From contig CAIRBY010000700.1 in NCBI GenBank assembly GCA_903876865.1, positions 6 through 64,005 on the forward strand: a DNA stretch of 64,000 bases, written 5' to 3'. Shown here piece by piece: positions 1 through 8,633 of the stretch. The notes under the pieces are model-generated. The model did not search any database and had not been told where the DNA came from. It saw nothing but the letters and a program-made list of their open reading frames with translations. A program made the position numbers and the translations under genes. Position 1 is the first letter of the stretch. Each line of letters starts with the position of its first letter. The DNA comes from an uncultured Acidobacteriia bacterium. GTDB taxonomy: Bacteria; Acidobacteriota; Terriglobia; Bryobacterales; Bryobacteraceae.

Positions 1-1
1 G

Positions 2-403
2 TTGATGCGCAAGCAGACCGCGCCCAAGGGCACGATCCTGAACCTGATCCCCAAGTACCTGATCATCCCGGCGGCGCTCGAAGGCATTGCGGTCCAGCTC
101 ACCAACCCCATCAACCTGGCGGCCACCGCGTCTTCGGCCGACGTGCCGGCCTTCGTGCGCGCGATGGTGCCGATCGTGGAGCCGCGCCTCGATGCGGTCG
201 CCAGCGTCGGCGACACCAACTGGTACACGGCGGCCGACCCGAGTTCCATCGACACGATCGAGTACTGCTACCTCGAGGGGCAGCAGGGTGTCTACCTGGA
301 GACCCGGCAAGGCTTCGAGGTGGACGGCGTCGAGATCAAGGCGCGCCTGGATTTCGCGGCCGCGGCGATCGATTTCCGCGGCTTGCAGAAGAACACGGCG
401 TAG
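2..403 (+). CDS. phage major capsid protein, C-terminal fragment (gene runs off the 5' window edge)
   Basis: The ORF is open to the window edge. The C-terminus (NWYTAADPSSIDTIEYCYLEGQQGVYLETRQGFEVDGVEIKARLDFAAAAIDFRG) resembles the conserved C-terminal block of HK97-fold/Mu-gpT-like major head proteins as I recall them. No further phage genes follow. Confidence 0.45.
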   Translation: MMRKQTAPKGTILNLIPKYLIIPAALEGIAVQLTNPINLAATASSADVPAFVRAMVPIVEPRLDAVASVGDTNWYTAADPSSIDTIEYCYLEGQQGVYLETRQGFEVDGVEIKARLDFAAAAIDFRGLQKNTA

Positions 404-471
404 GGCGGTCCGGCGCGGCGGGGCGCGAAAAGTGGGATCGGGCTTCTCCCCCTGCCACGGGATTCAACTTC

Positions 472-1524
472 ATGCCCAGCATTAAGAAAGTGGCTGAACT
501 CGCCGGCGTATCCGTGGGAACGGTTTCCCATGTGATCACAGGCTCGGTCAACGTGAGCGAGCCGCTGCGGCTCAAGGTGCAGGCCGCCATCCGCGAACTC
601 AACTACCATCCCAACCACGTCGCGCGCAGCCTGAAAACCAGCAAGACCCGCACGCTGGGAATCATCGTTCCCGATCTGACCATCAGCTTTTATCCCCAGA
701 TCATTCGCGGCGCGGAAACCGCTGCCCGCAAGAAGGGCTACTCGCTGATCGCGGTCAATTCCGACGATGAAGGCGAGCGCCAGCGCGAGCTGCTTTCCCT
801 GCTCCGCTCGCAACGGGTCGAGGGAATTCTGCTCGTGATCGCCGCTGCGCCCATCCCGCTCAGCCAGCTCACACGGATTCTGGATGATGATATTCCTGTC
901 GTCTGCCTGGACCGGATTCCGGAACGGATACCAGTGGATTCGGTGTGCGTGGAAGACGCCGAAGCGGCCGAGATGGGCGTCACGCATTTACTCTCGCAGG
1001 GCGCGCGCCGCATCGCCATCGTCACCGGACCGCTGAATCTCAAAAACGAACGCCGCCGCCTGCAGGGCTGCACACAAGCGCTCCGCAAGGCAGGCATTCC
1101 GCCTGACCCGGAACTGATCTGGAGCGCCAACCTGCGTCCCGAAGACATTGCCAACGATTGCCGCCGCCACTTCAGCCCGGATGCGCGCAATCTCCGGCCC
1201 GATGCCATTTTCTGCACCAACGGCCAGTCAGCCCTGGGCGTGCTCCGTGCCCTCCGCGATTGCAAGATCCGCACTCCGGAAGACATTGCCTTTGCCACGT
1301 TCGATGAGTTGACGGTGGATGATCTCTTCTCCCCCGCGCTCACCACGGTGGTCCAACCCGCGTTTGAGATCGGCTACCGCGCCACCGAAATCCTACTGGA
1401 CCGGATCGAGGGAATCGCCACACAGGCTGAATCGATCACCGTCCGCCTTCCCGCGTCGCTGCGTATCCGCGCCTCCAGCAAGCGATTGGAAGCGAATGCG
1501 AAACCACCCCTCCCATCGGCGTGA
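472..1524 (+). CDS. LacI family transcriptional regulator
   Basis: N-terminal HTH (IKKVAELAGVSVGTVSHVITG...NYHPNHVARSLK) followed by a periplasmic-binding-protein-like sugar-binding fold. Its stop overlaps the next start (GTGA at 1521-1524). Confidence 0.9.
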   Translation: MPSIKKVAELAGVSVGTVSHVITGSVNVSEPLRLKVQAAIRELNYHPNHVARSLKTSKTRTLGIIVPDLTISFYPQIIRGAETAARKKGYSLIAVNSDDEGERQRELLSLLRSQRVEGILLVIAAAPIPLSQLTRILDDDIPVVCLDRIPERIPVDSVCVEDAEAAEMGVTHLLSQGARRIAIVTGPLNLKNERRRLQGCTQALRKAGIPPDPELIWSANLRPEDIANDCRRHFSPDARNLRPDAIFCTNGQSALGVLRALRDCKIRTPEDIAFATFDELTVDDLFSPALTTVVQPAFEIGYRATEILLDRIEGIATQAESITVRLPASLRIRASSKRLEANAKPPLPSA

Positions 1525-2768
1525 CGAGCGCACCACGCGGCGCACTCAAGGTCTGCTACGATTTCAGGCGAGCCCCCACGAGTCCGATGCGAGTCGAAGA
1601 TACACCATTGCAGGCGCTCTACGCCGATCTGGCCCGGGAAATTCCACCGCGGCGCGAGGCCCTGTGCCAGTGCCGCTCCACGGCGGAGCTGGAACTTCAC
1701 CCGGCCTACCGGGCGGTGGCTCCATTCGTGGCGCGAGCTCTCGCCACTCCGCATCTGGCGGACTTTCGCCGTCAGGAGGCGCCGGCCAAAGCGCGCTACC
1801 GGATCCTGGCGTGGAACATCGAACGCGGCACCGAATTCGAGGCGCAACTGGAAGCGTTCCGCTCGCATCCCTATCTCAAGACCTGCGATGTGCTGCTGCT
1901 CACCGAGGCGGATGCCGGCATGGCGCGCTCCGGGAATCGCATGGTGTCCGAAGAGTTGGCGCGGGAACTGGGAATGGCGCAGGTCTTCGCGCCCTGCTAC
2001 ATCGCCCTGGGCAAGGGCTCCGGCGTGGAGCGCGAAGTCGAGGGTGAGAATACATTAGGACTGCATGGGAACGCCATCTTGAGCCGCTATCCGATTCGCG
2101 ACGTTCGCCTGATCGCGCTCGATAACGGCGTGGATAAGATGGCCCACCGCGAGCAAAGGCTAGGCCGTCAGGCAGCCGTCTCCGCCCGCATCGACTTCCC
2201 GAATCTCGCGGTGCAAGCCGTTTCGGTACACCTCGACGCCCAATCCACGCAGCGCCACCGGCGCGAGCAAATGCGCTGCGTATTGGATTCGGCGGACGCC
2301 GGGCTACCCGTGATCCTCGGCGGCGACTGGAACACCAGCACCTACGATTCTTCGCATGCGTTCCGCGCCATTCTTGGTTTCTGGCGGCGTGTGATGATGG
2401 GCGTGGACCATGTGATCCGCAACCACTACCTGCATCCCGAGAACCGCTTCGAGCGCGATTTGTTCCAATTGCTCCGGCAACGCGGCTTCGAATACGAACG
2501 CTCGAACCAGATGGGCGAACATACCATTTGCTACGACGTTTGCGATCCCCGGGCCACCGGAAGCCTGCGCGAATGGGTCCCGGAATGGTGCTTCGCTTTC
2601 ATACACTGGGCGCTGCGCCATCACCAGGGACGCTGCCCCATGAAACTCGACTGGTTCGCCACGCGAGGCTTGCAGGTTGCGGACCCACTCGTCATCCACG
2701 ATCTCCGCGAGGGCCGGACCGTGCCCATGTCCGATCACGACGCAATCGGCATGGACGTCGTGGTGTGA
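1521..2768 (+). CDS. endonuclease/exonuclease/phosphatase (EEP) family protein
   Basis: EEP motifs are present: ILAWNIERG, LLLTEAD, ILGGDWN, MSDHDAI. It is translationally coupled on both sides. Confidence 0.85.
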   Translation: MTSAPRGALKVCYDFRRAPTSPMRVEDTPLQALYADLAREIPPRREALCQCRSTAELELHPAYRAVAPFVARALATPHLADFRRQEAPAKARYRILAWNIERGTEFEAQLEAFRSHPYLKTCDVLLLTEADAGMARSGNRMVSEELARELGMAQVFAPCYIALGKGSGVEREVEGENTLGLHGNAILSRYPIRDVRLIALDNGVDKMAHREQRLGRQAAVSARIDFPNLAVQAVSVHLDAQSTQRHRREQMRCVLDSADAGLPVILGGDWNTSTYDSSHAFRAILGFWRRVMMGVDHVIRNHYLHPENRFERDLFQLLRQRGFEYERSNQMGEHTICYDVCDPRATGSLREWVPEWCFAFIHWALRHHQGRCPMKLDWFATRGLQVADPLVIHDLREGRTVPMSDHDAIGMDVVV

Positions 2769-3706
2769 TCGCCGCCATCGTCAATCCCTGCGCCGGTTCC
2801 GGTGCCGCCCGCCGCGGCTGGCCGCGCGCGGCCCGAATGCTCGAGCAGCGGCTCGGCCCGATCCAGGTCCACTTCACGCAAGCTCCCGGACACGCGACCA
2901 CTCTGGCGCGCGAACTTGCGGACGCGTGCTGCGATCTGTTGATCGTGGCAGGCGGCGACGGAACCTTGAATGAAGTCGTGAACGGGATCCTCGGGGCCAC
3001 GGCGATGCCGCCGGTCGGCTTGCTGCCCCTGGCCAGCGGCGGAGACTTCGCGCGTACCCTGGGACTGCGCGATTTGGCACGCAGCGTGAACGTCCTCGGA
3101 AGCGGCTGCGCCCGTCCCATCGACGCCTTTCGCGCGCGCTTCCTCGGACCTGGCGGAGCGCCGGCCGAACGCTGTTTTCTGAACGCCGCCAGCATCGGAC
3201 TCGGCGCGCTGGCCGCGATCCCGCCGCAAGGGTGGCGCCGCGCGGCGCCGGGCAGCGCCCGTTATCTGGCGGCCGCCATTCCCATCCTGGCATCGGGGCG
3301 CTCCTTCCCGATCACGATACGGATGGACGATGCCTCACCGCTAGCCTTCACCATCACCACGGCGGCGGTAGCCAACGGCCAGTACCAGGGGGGCGGAATC
3401 CGGATCGCGCCCGAAGCCTTAATCGACGACGGTCTGGCGGACATCACGGTCGTAGAGCGGGTCAGCCTGCTCGAGGTGGCCGCACGCTTGCCGATTCTTT
3501 ATTCCGGCGCCCTCTACTCCCACCCAAAGGTGCGCCACTGGCGCGCTGCCCGGGTCCGCGTGGAATCGGAAGGGGAAGTGCCGGTGGAACTGGACGGCGA
3601 GCCGGTGGGCACCCTGCCGCTCGAAATCCAAGTGCTCCCGCGTGCGCTACTCTTCATGCGCCCGCCGGAGCGGCGCGGGGATGCGGCCCAATCTTCGGTA
3701 TCATAA
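2765..3706 (+). CDS. diacylglycerol/lipid kinase family protein (YegS/LCB5-like)
   Basis: Start re-chosen at the GTG at 2765, which overlaps the upstream stop (GTGA). Motifs: IVNPCAGSG and LIVAGGDGTLNEVVNG. The longer track ORF from 2528 lies inside the upstream gene. Confidence 0.85.
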   Translation: MIAAIVNPCAGSGAARRGWPRAARMLEQRLGPIQVHFTQAPGHATTLARELADACCDLLIVAGGDGTLNEVVNGILGATAMPPVGLLPLASGGDFARTLGLRDLARSVNVLGSGCARPIDAFRARFLGPGGAPAERCFLNAASIGLGALAAIPPQGWRRAAPGSARYLAAAIPILASGRSFPITIRMDDASPLAFTITTAAVANGQYQGGGIRIAPEALIDDGLADITVVERVSLLEVAARLPILYSGALYSHPKVRHWRAARVRVESEGEVPVELDGEPVGTLPLEIQVLPRALLFMRPPERRGDAAQSSVS

Positions 3707-3729
3707 CCAGAGTTGGAGGGAACGTAACC

Positions 3730-4848
3730 ATGTCGACACGCCGGGGATTTATCGCACGAATGGCCGCCGCCGCGGCGGTGGCTCGCATACTGCCCGAAGC
3801 TGCCTATGCCCAGCGCGCCGCCGTCAAGGGCGCGGCGCTCGCCAAGGACATGGTCTGGCTCAACGCCAACGAAAATCCAGCCGGTCCGCCGCGCTGCTCG
3901 CTGGACGCCATGACCGCCGTGCTGCCTTCGAGCGGCCGTTATCACTACAACGAATTCGCGGACATCTACACGGTGATGGCGACGGCTGAAGGCCTGGCTC
4001 CGGAGCAGATCGTCGCGGGCGCCGGATCGAGCGAAGTACTGCACACCGCCGTCGAGCTTTTCACCTCGGCCACCAAGCCCTTCATTACCGTGAATCCGGC
4101 GTATGAAGGCCCACGCGATGTCGCGCGCAACCTGGGCCGTCCCGTGATCCTGACCAAACTCCGCGAGGATTATACGGCCGACGTGCGCAAGATGGCGGAA
4201 GAGGCCGATCGCGCGCACGGCGGCCTGATCTACCTCTGCAATCCCAACAATCCGACTTCCGCCGTCACCAGCGCGCAGGATGTGGATTGGCTAGTGGCTA
4301 ACCTGCCCGCGAATACGACCCTGCTGGTGGATGAGGCTTACATCCACTTCGTGGAGCGCCCGGACGTGAAGAGCGCCCTGCCCTACGTGAAGCAGGGTAA
4401 GAACGTAATTGTGGCGCGCACGTTCTCTAAGATCTATGGCATGGCCGGCTTGCGCGTGGGATTCGCGGCGGCGCGCGCGGACCTGATTGAACAGATGACG
4501 CGCATGTCGCTCAATGTGATCTCGATTGTGAGCGCACGCGCGGTAGTCGCCGCACTGAATGAGCGCGAGCCAATTCTGCGCGAGCGCAAGGCATCCATGA
4601 GCAAGACCCGCGGTGAGATGACCGCATGGCTGCGCGAGCGCAAGGTCAAGTTCATCGAGCCCAATGCGAATTTCATGATGATCGACGTGGGCCGCGATTC
4701 CCGCCACTTCATCACGACGATGCCGACGCTCGGCGTGGCGCCCGGACGCCCCTTTCCGCCGCTCGACAATATGCTCCGCGTCAGCATCGGCACGGATGCG
4801 GAGATGGCGCGGTTCCGCGAAGTATTCTGGAAAGTCTACAAAGGCTAG
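3730..4848 (+). CDS. PLP-dependent aminotransferase (HisC-like, class I/II) with twin-arginine signal peptide
   Basis: Start re-chosen at the ATG at 3730. The N-terminus MSTRRGFIARMAAAAAVARILPEAAYAQ has an RR motif, a hydrophobic core and an AxA site. Motifs: LNANENP, and TFSKIYGMAGLRVG with the PLP lysine. Confidence 0.85.
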   Translation: MSTRRGFIARMAAAAAVARILPEAAYAQRAAVKGAALAKDMVWLNANENPAGPPRCSLDAMTAVLPSSGRYHYNEFADIYTVMATAEGLAPEQIVAGAGSSEVLHTAVELFTSATKPFITVNPAYEGPRDVARNLGRPVILTKLREDYTADVRKMAEEADRAHGGLIYLCNPNNPTSAVTSAQDVDWLVANLPANTTLLVDEAYIHFVERPDVKSALPYVKQGKNVIVARTFSKIYGMAGLRVGFAAARADLIEQMTRMSLNVISIVSARAVVAALNEREPILRERKASMSKTRGEMTAWLRERKVKFIEPNANFMMIDVGRDSRHFITTMPTLGVAPGRPFPPLDNMLRVSIGTDAEMARFREVFWKVYKG

Positions 4849-4927
4849 GCGGTTTACGGACCGCGTAGGGGCGATGCGCCGGGCGTGCCGGAGTTCCCTT
4901 GCGCCCGAGTCTCCGTAGCGAGCCAAC

Positions 4928-5242
4928 TTAAGTGGCGGTATTCCGGTGGGGCGGAGGCTTGCGTTTGGCTTCACGCTTATCGAACTTCGGCATGAACTTG
5001 GCTTCGATCCAGACGAAGGCAGCCTGTAGCCCCTCGTCTGCATAGACGCGGCCGATTTCGGCTTCCACCTCCGACGGGTCGCCGAAAGTAGTCAGGAACT
5101 GGTTCGATGTCATGCGGGTGAATTTTTCGCCGTCGAGAGCGCCGTCGCGCTCGAGGATGCGGCTCCGGCAGTAGAGGCACAGGACAGCGTCACCAATCCA
5201 TGCTTCTTCCAGCATGCGGCGGCGGCGTTCGTTGGCATTCAT
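4928..5242 (-). CDS. minimal RNase III-domain protein (Mini-III-like)
   Basis: EEAWIGDAVLCLY matches the RNase III signature (E..LGDAVL). A second acidic block, SEVEAEIGRVYADEGL, sits where DAFEALIGA is normally found. No dsRBD; only 104 aa. Confidence 0.5.
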   Translation of the reverse strand: MNANERRRRMLEEAWIGDAVLCLYCRSRILERDGALDGEKFTRMTSNQFLTTFGDPSEVEAEIGRVYADEGLQAAFVWIEAKFMPKFDKREAKRKPPPHRNTAT

Positions 5243-5378
5243 GATGCGGCGACGGTGGGGTCAGGAAACATGATCGGCGATTGCCCATCTTATCATCAAG
5301 TAGCGAGGCACTGCCGTTTTACGGGATAGCGTCTGGATGTTGACGCATTCGGAAACAATCCACGAGGACGCTGGAAGG

Positions 5379-5420
5379 CCGGAACTGTAGGGCAGGATGA
5401 TGTCCTGCCCTACAACTCCG
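5379..5420 (-). terminator. stem-loop downstream of the large secreted protein gene
   Basis: CCGGAACTGTAGGGCAGGA-TGATG-TCCTGCCCTACAACTCCGG. It has a perfect 11-bp GC-rich core stem and lies 13 nt past the stop at 5433. Confidence 0.5.
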
Positions 5421-5432
5421 GCACGCGGGTTG

Positions 5433-8330
5433 CTACTGAAGTACGATTTGGACCGTATTGGCGGCGATGCCCGCGGCCGTGAGCTGCAGCGACACAGTTC
5501 CTGCCCCCGCCAGTGACGCTGGAAGCTGCACGTTCACCTGATCCACGCCGGCGTACCCGGCGCTGCCGGCATACAACACCGGTGTGCTGATTCCGTTCAC
5601 GGTTACAGTGACTTTGGCCAGTCCGGCCGCCTGCACGCCCGTGGCGTACACCGTCAGGTAGACACTATCGGTCGCCGAGCCCATGCTGATCGGCGTGGCC
5701 GAGTACGATCCCTGCGCGTTCAAGGCGTAAGCCGGTTCGATGGTCTGAGTGCCGGTCGAGGAGACGCGGACCGCGTAGGCCGCGACCAGACCGCTCCCGT
5801 TTACGGTGAACACTGCCGGCGCGACGGGGGCGATCACTACGTTGTTGGCCGATTGAGTCGATCCGGGCGCAGTGATCGTCACTCTGGCCGTTCCGGCAGC
5901 GACGGTCGAAGGAACCTGAAACGTCACCTGGCTGGGCGACACGAAGATCAGCGGAGCGCTGGTGATACTGCCCTTGGCATCCGAAATGGAGACCGAAGTG
6001 CCATTGAGGGTGGTGGGCAACGCACCCAGGATCTCCGGCGAGTCAGGCGCGAGATTCTGCCCCATCGCGAAAGCTAGTCCGCCTTGCGCAATCGAGGTCA
6101 CGCCGGGACTTGCGGCCGAGAGAATCAAAGGAACATTGGGCATTGAGGTCGAAGTGGGGGCGAGCGATATGCCGCGCAGAATCTCTCCCGCCGCGGCGGT
6201 ACGCAGCGTGGTGAAAGCAGCCGTCGCGGCGCCGGCCGCCGTGGTGTTGGCCAGCATGTCGGTGATGGACACCAGTTTATTGGGATCCGCGCCCTGATCG
6301 CCGTTCGTGCTCACGGTGGATGTGATTCCGTAGATGGTCACGGTCCCGTCGGAGTTCACCTTGCCCGTGATGTTGCGGAGACCGCCGGTGGCGGGGTTGA
6401 GCGCGGTGGGGTAATTCGCGACCGCGTAGGGCTGGCCCAGGTTTAGGCCGTTCTGAAGCACGTAGGCCATCTTCCACGTGCCGCCGGAGAGGATCCACTT
6501 CTGCAAACCGGCGGTCGTGCTGCCGGCGGCGTCGGCGAGCACGCCGTCACCCTCATCGGCCACATACAGTGTGGTGGCGTTGGCGAACCAGATCCCGAAC
6601 GGATAGTCGTCCTTGGAGGTGACGAGTCTCGCGGAAATGGTGGGGAAGCCCGGCAGCGGAGCGATCGGGGCACTGGCCGCATTCGCGAGCGTGGGTAAGG
6701 TTCCGGATGCGCCCACCTGGTACACGGTGTCGATGCCATTGCTGCCACTGCCCTTGGTTACGTAGAGAGTGTTATTGAAGATGGTCAGGCCGCGGAAGTT
6801 GTTATCCTTGCCCGGCTTGTCCTTCGCATCGACGGCGTATGGCTGCCCGGTGGCCGGATTGATCTGGCTGATTGAGAAACTGCCAACCTCTACCGGCGGC
6901 GTGGTTGCCGCCTGTCCCGGCGTTGCGATTTCGACGCCGGTCGCGGCGACGACGTTGGGCGGCGTCCCGGCTCCGTTGTTAGAGTTGCCGACCATGTAGT
7001 AAAGCCCGTTGGCCAGAATCGCCGCCCGGCCGTTGTTGCCGCTGTAGGCGTTGATTGGCGTGACCTGGATGGCCCCATTGGCGCCCATCTGGGCGACGGC
7101 GCGGAAATAACTGCCTCCGGCGGGATTAGTGGAATCGTAGACGCCGGGCGTGTTGGAGTTGGAAACATCCACCGAGTTCGGCGCCGCCACGTACCCCATG
7201 AAGGTGAGCACGCTTCCGTCTGTGGACAGATTCAGTCCCAGTTCGGATTTGGAGCTGAAGCTGGTGACGATCATGTTGCTCGGGACCGCGAAGTTGTTGA
7301 CAGTGGTACCGGACGGAGTGAGCTGCTCCAGATAGATGGGCGAGGTGACTCCGAAGCTTCCATCGGTTTTATTGTTATTAAAAACGTTGTTGGCCCCGGC
7401 GGTGGATGCATACGCGCCGTTATCGGTAGCCTTGGCCGCTTTGCAGGCTCCGGCCGCCGCGGCTTCGGCGCTGGCCGGACAAACCGGCGGCAATGCCTGG
7501 CCCTTGACGACCGTGCTCGCATCGCCTGTATAAACGCTGCGCGAGAGCACGAGATTCCCCGCCGTAAAGCCGGTAAACGTGTTCTGACCCGAAATCACGA
7601 CGTTGTCAAACCGCCAGTTGCCCGAGTTGTTATTCAAGGGACCTCCCGAAGCGCCGATACAGTCCGCGCCGGTCGAGGCGTTCACCATCTCAACGGCGAA
7701 TTTGGGATTGTTAGCCGCATTCGGATCGTTGATGATCGCCGTCAACCCGGTGAACCAACCTTGCCCGCCCCCGGTAATACTGAGATACGATCCCTTGACC
7801 GTATTCGCGGACGAACTGTTATTCAGGAGCGCCACTCCGGTATTCGATCCGAGGTTCAACGCCACATTTTTCCAGGTAGTGCCATCCGTGGTGTAGGCAA
7901 ACTGCAGGTTCGCCGGACCCTGATTCGTCGCGAACCAGTCGAAGCTGACGGTGATGTTGGTGTAGCCCATTGTGCTAGCGCTGAACACGGCGCCCTGAGT
8001 CCCGATCGGGGCCAGGCTCGACCAGCCATTTGCAGCACCGGCAGGGCCGGCCTGCGCACGGACGCGCCAGACTTGAGAGAGATTGGAATTCCCGTTCACG
8101 CCCGTGTCTCCCACCACGCCCGCTAGGACGTCATTGGTGGTTACTCCGATATTCGGGGTCGGGTAAACGTCCATGCCGATCGACTTGGCGGTTCCCGCGC
8201 CGGTGGAAGGAGCCGGGGTGTTGTTCAGCGCGATCGCACTGTTTTCGAACGTCCAGGCGGTGATGATATCGGCTTGTGCAATGGACAGAGTTGCAGCCAA
8301 CAATGCTGCAATCGAGACAATTTGTTTCAT
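5433..8330 (-). CDS. large secreted protein with Solibacter-type C-terminal Ig-like domains (TIGR03437-like)
   Basis: Start re-chosen at MKQIVSIAALLAATLSIAQA (signal peptide, GGAAGGA SD upstream). The C-terminus ...PVLYAGSAGYAGVDQVNVQLPASLAGAGTVSLQLTAAGIAANTVQIVLQ matches my recollection of the Solibacter uncharacterized C-terminal domain. Confidence 0.75.
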   Translation of the reverse strand: MKQIVSIAALLAATLSIAQADIITAWTFENSAIALNNTPAPSTGAGTAKSIGMDVYPTPNIGVTTNDVLAGVVGDTGVNGNSNLSQVWRVRAQAGPAGAANGWSSLAPIGTQGAVFSASTMGYTNITVSFDWFATNQGPANLQFAYTTDGTTWKNVALNLGSNTGVALLNNSSSANTVKGSYLSITGGGQGWFTGLTAIINDPNAANNPKFAVEMVNASTGADCIGASGGPLNNNSGNWRFDNVVISGQNTFTGFTAGNLVLSRSVYTGDASTVVKGQALPPVCPASAEAAAAGACKAAKATDNGAYASTAGANNVFNNNKTDGSFGVTSPIYLEQLTPSGTTVNNFAVPSNMIVTSFSSKSELGLNLSTDGSVLTFMGYVAAPNSVDVSNSNTPGVYDSTNPAGGSYFRAVAQMGANGAIQVTPINAYSGNNGRAAILANGLYYMVGNSNNGAGTPPNVVAATGVEIATPGQAATTPPVEVGSFSISQINPATGQPYAVDAKDKPGKDNNFRGLTIFNNTLYVTKGSGSNGIDTVYQVGASGTLPTLANAASAPIAPLPGFPTISARLVTSKDDYPFGIWFANATTLYVADEGDGVLADAAGSTTAGLQKWILSGGTWKMAYVLQNGLNLGQPYAVANYPTALNPATGGLRNITGKVNSDGTVTIYGITSTVSTNGDQGADPNKLVSITDMLANTTAAGAATAAFTTLRTAAAGEILRGISLAPTSTSMPNVPLILSAASPGVTSIAQGGLAFAMGQNLAPDSPEILGALPTTLNGTSVSISDAKGSITSAPLIFVSPSQVTFQVPSTVAAGTARVTITAPGSTQSANNVVIAPVAPAVFTVNGSGLVAAYAVRVSSTGTQTIEPAYALNAQGSYSATPISMGSATDSVYLTVYATGVQAAGLAKVTVTVNGISTPVLYAGSAGYAGVDQVNVQLPASLAGAGTVSLQLTAAGIAANTVQIVLQ

Positions 8331-8633
8331 ACGGAGTCCTTCCTTTTTTGCTGATAGATAGAGGGTAGGAATTGAACATATCATGCGCGGTGGGATGTAA
8401 CTGTCAATAATCAGTTACGGTTTCATGTAATTCAAGTCTCGAAATGAACCCTTGTGCACCTTCCCGTACATCATCGGCGGCGCTACAATTATTGTGCCGG
8501 ACCAATCGAAAGCGGCACTGCCGGGGGGCATGCTGAGGAATAGACTTGTGGGCTCATCGAGACGACGAACGGAGCGCGCCCTCTCTCGATTTCACTCTGT
8601 ACCAAAACACTAACCGGAAGGTCACTACGATCC

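Noticed and set aside
292-987. Many long ORFs in the six-frame track lie antisense to, or out of frame within, confident genes. Examples: 292-987(-), 9069-10532(-), 14021-15070(-), 20157-21716(+), 22152-23567(+), 25284-26570(+), 28116-29069(+), 35200-36159(-), 37436-39175(-), 39497-40837(-), 56498-57364(-), 57499-58668(+).
   Set aside because: These are typical high-GC shadow ORFs. They have Arg/Pro/Gly/Ala-rich low-complexity translations and no motifs. Each fully overlaps a gene with clear family signatures.
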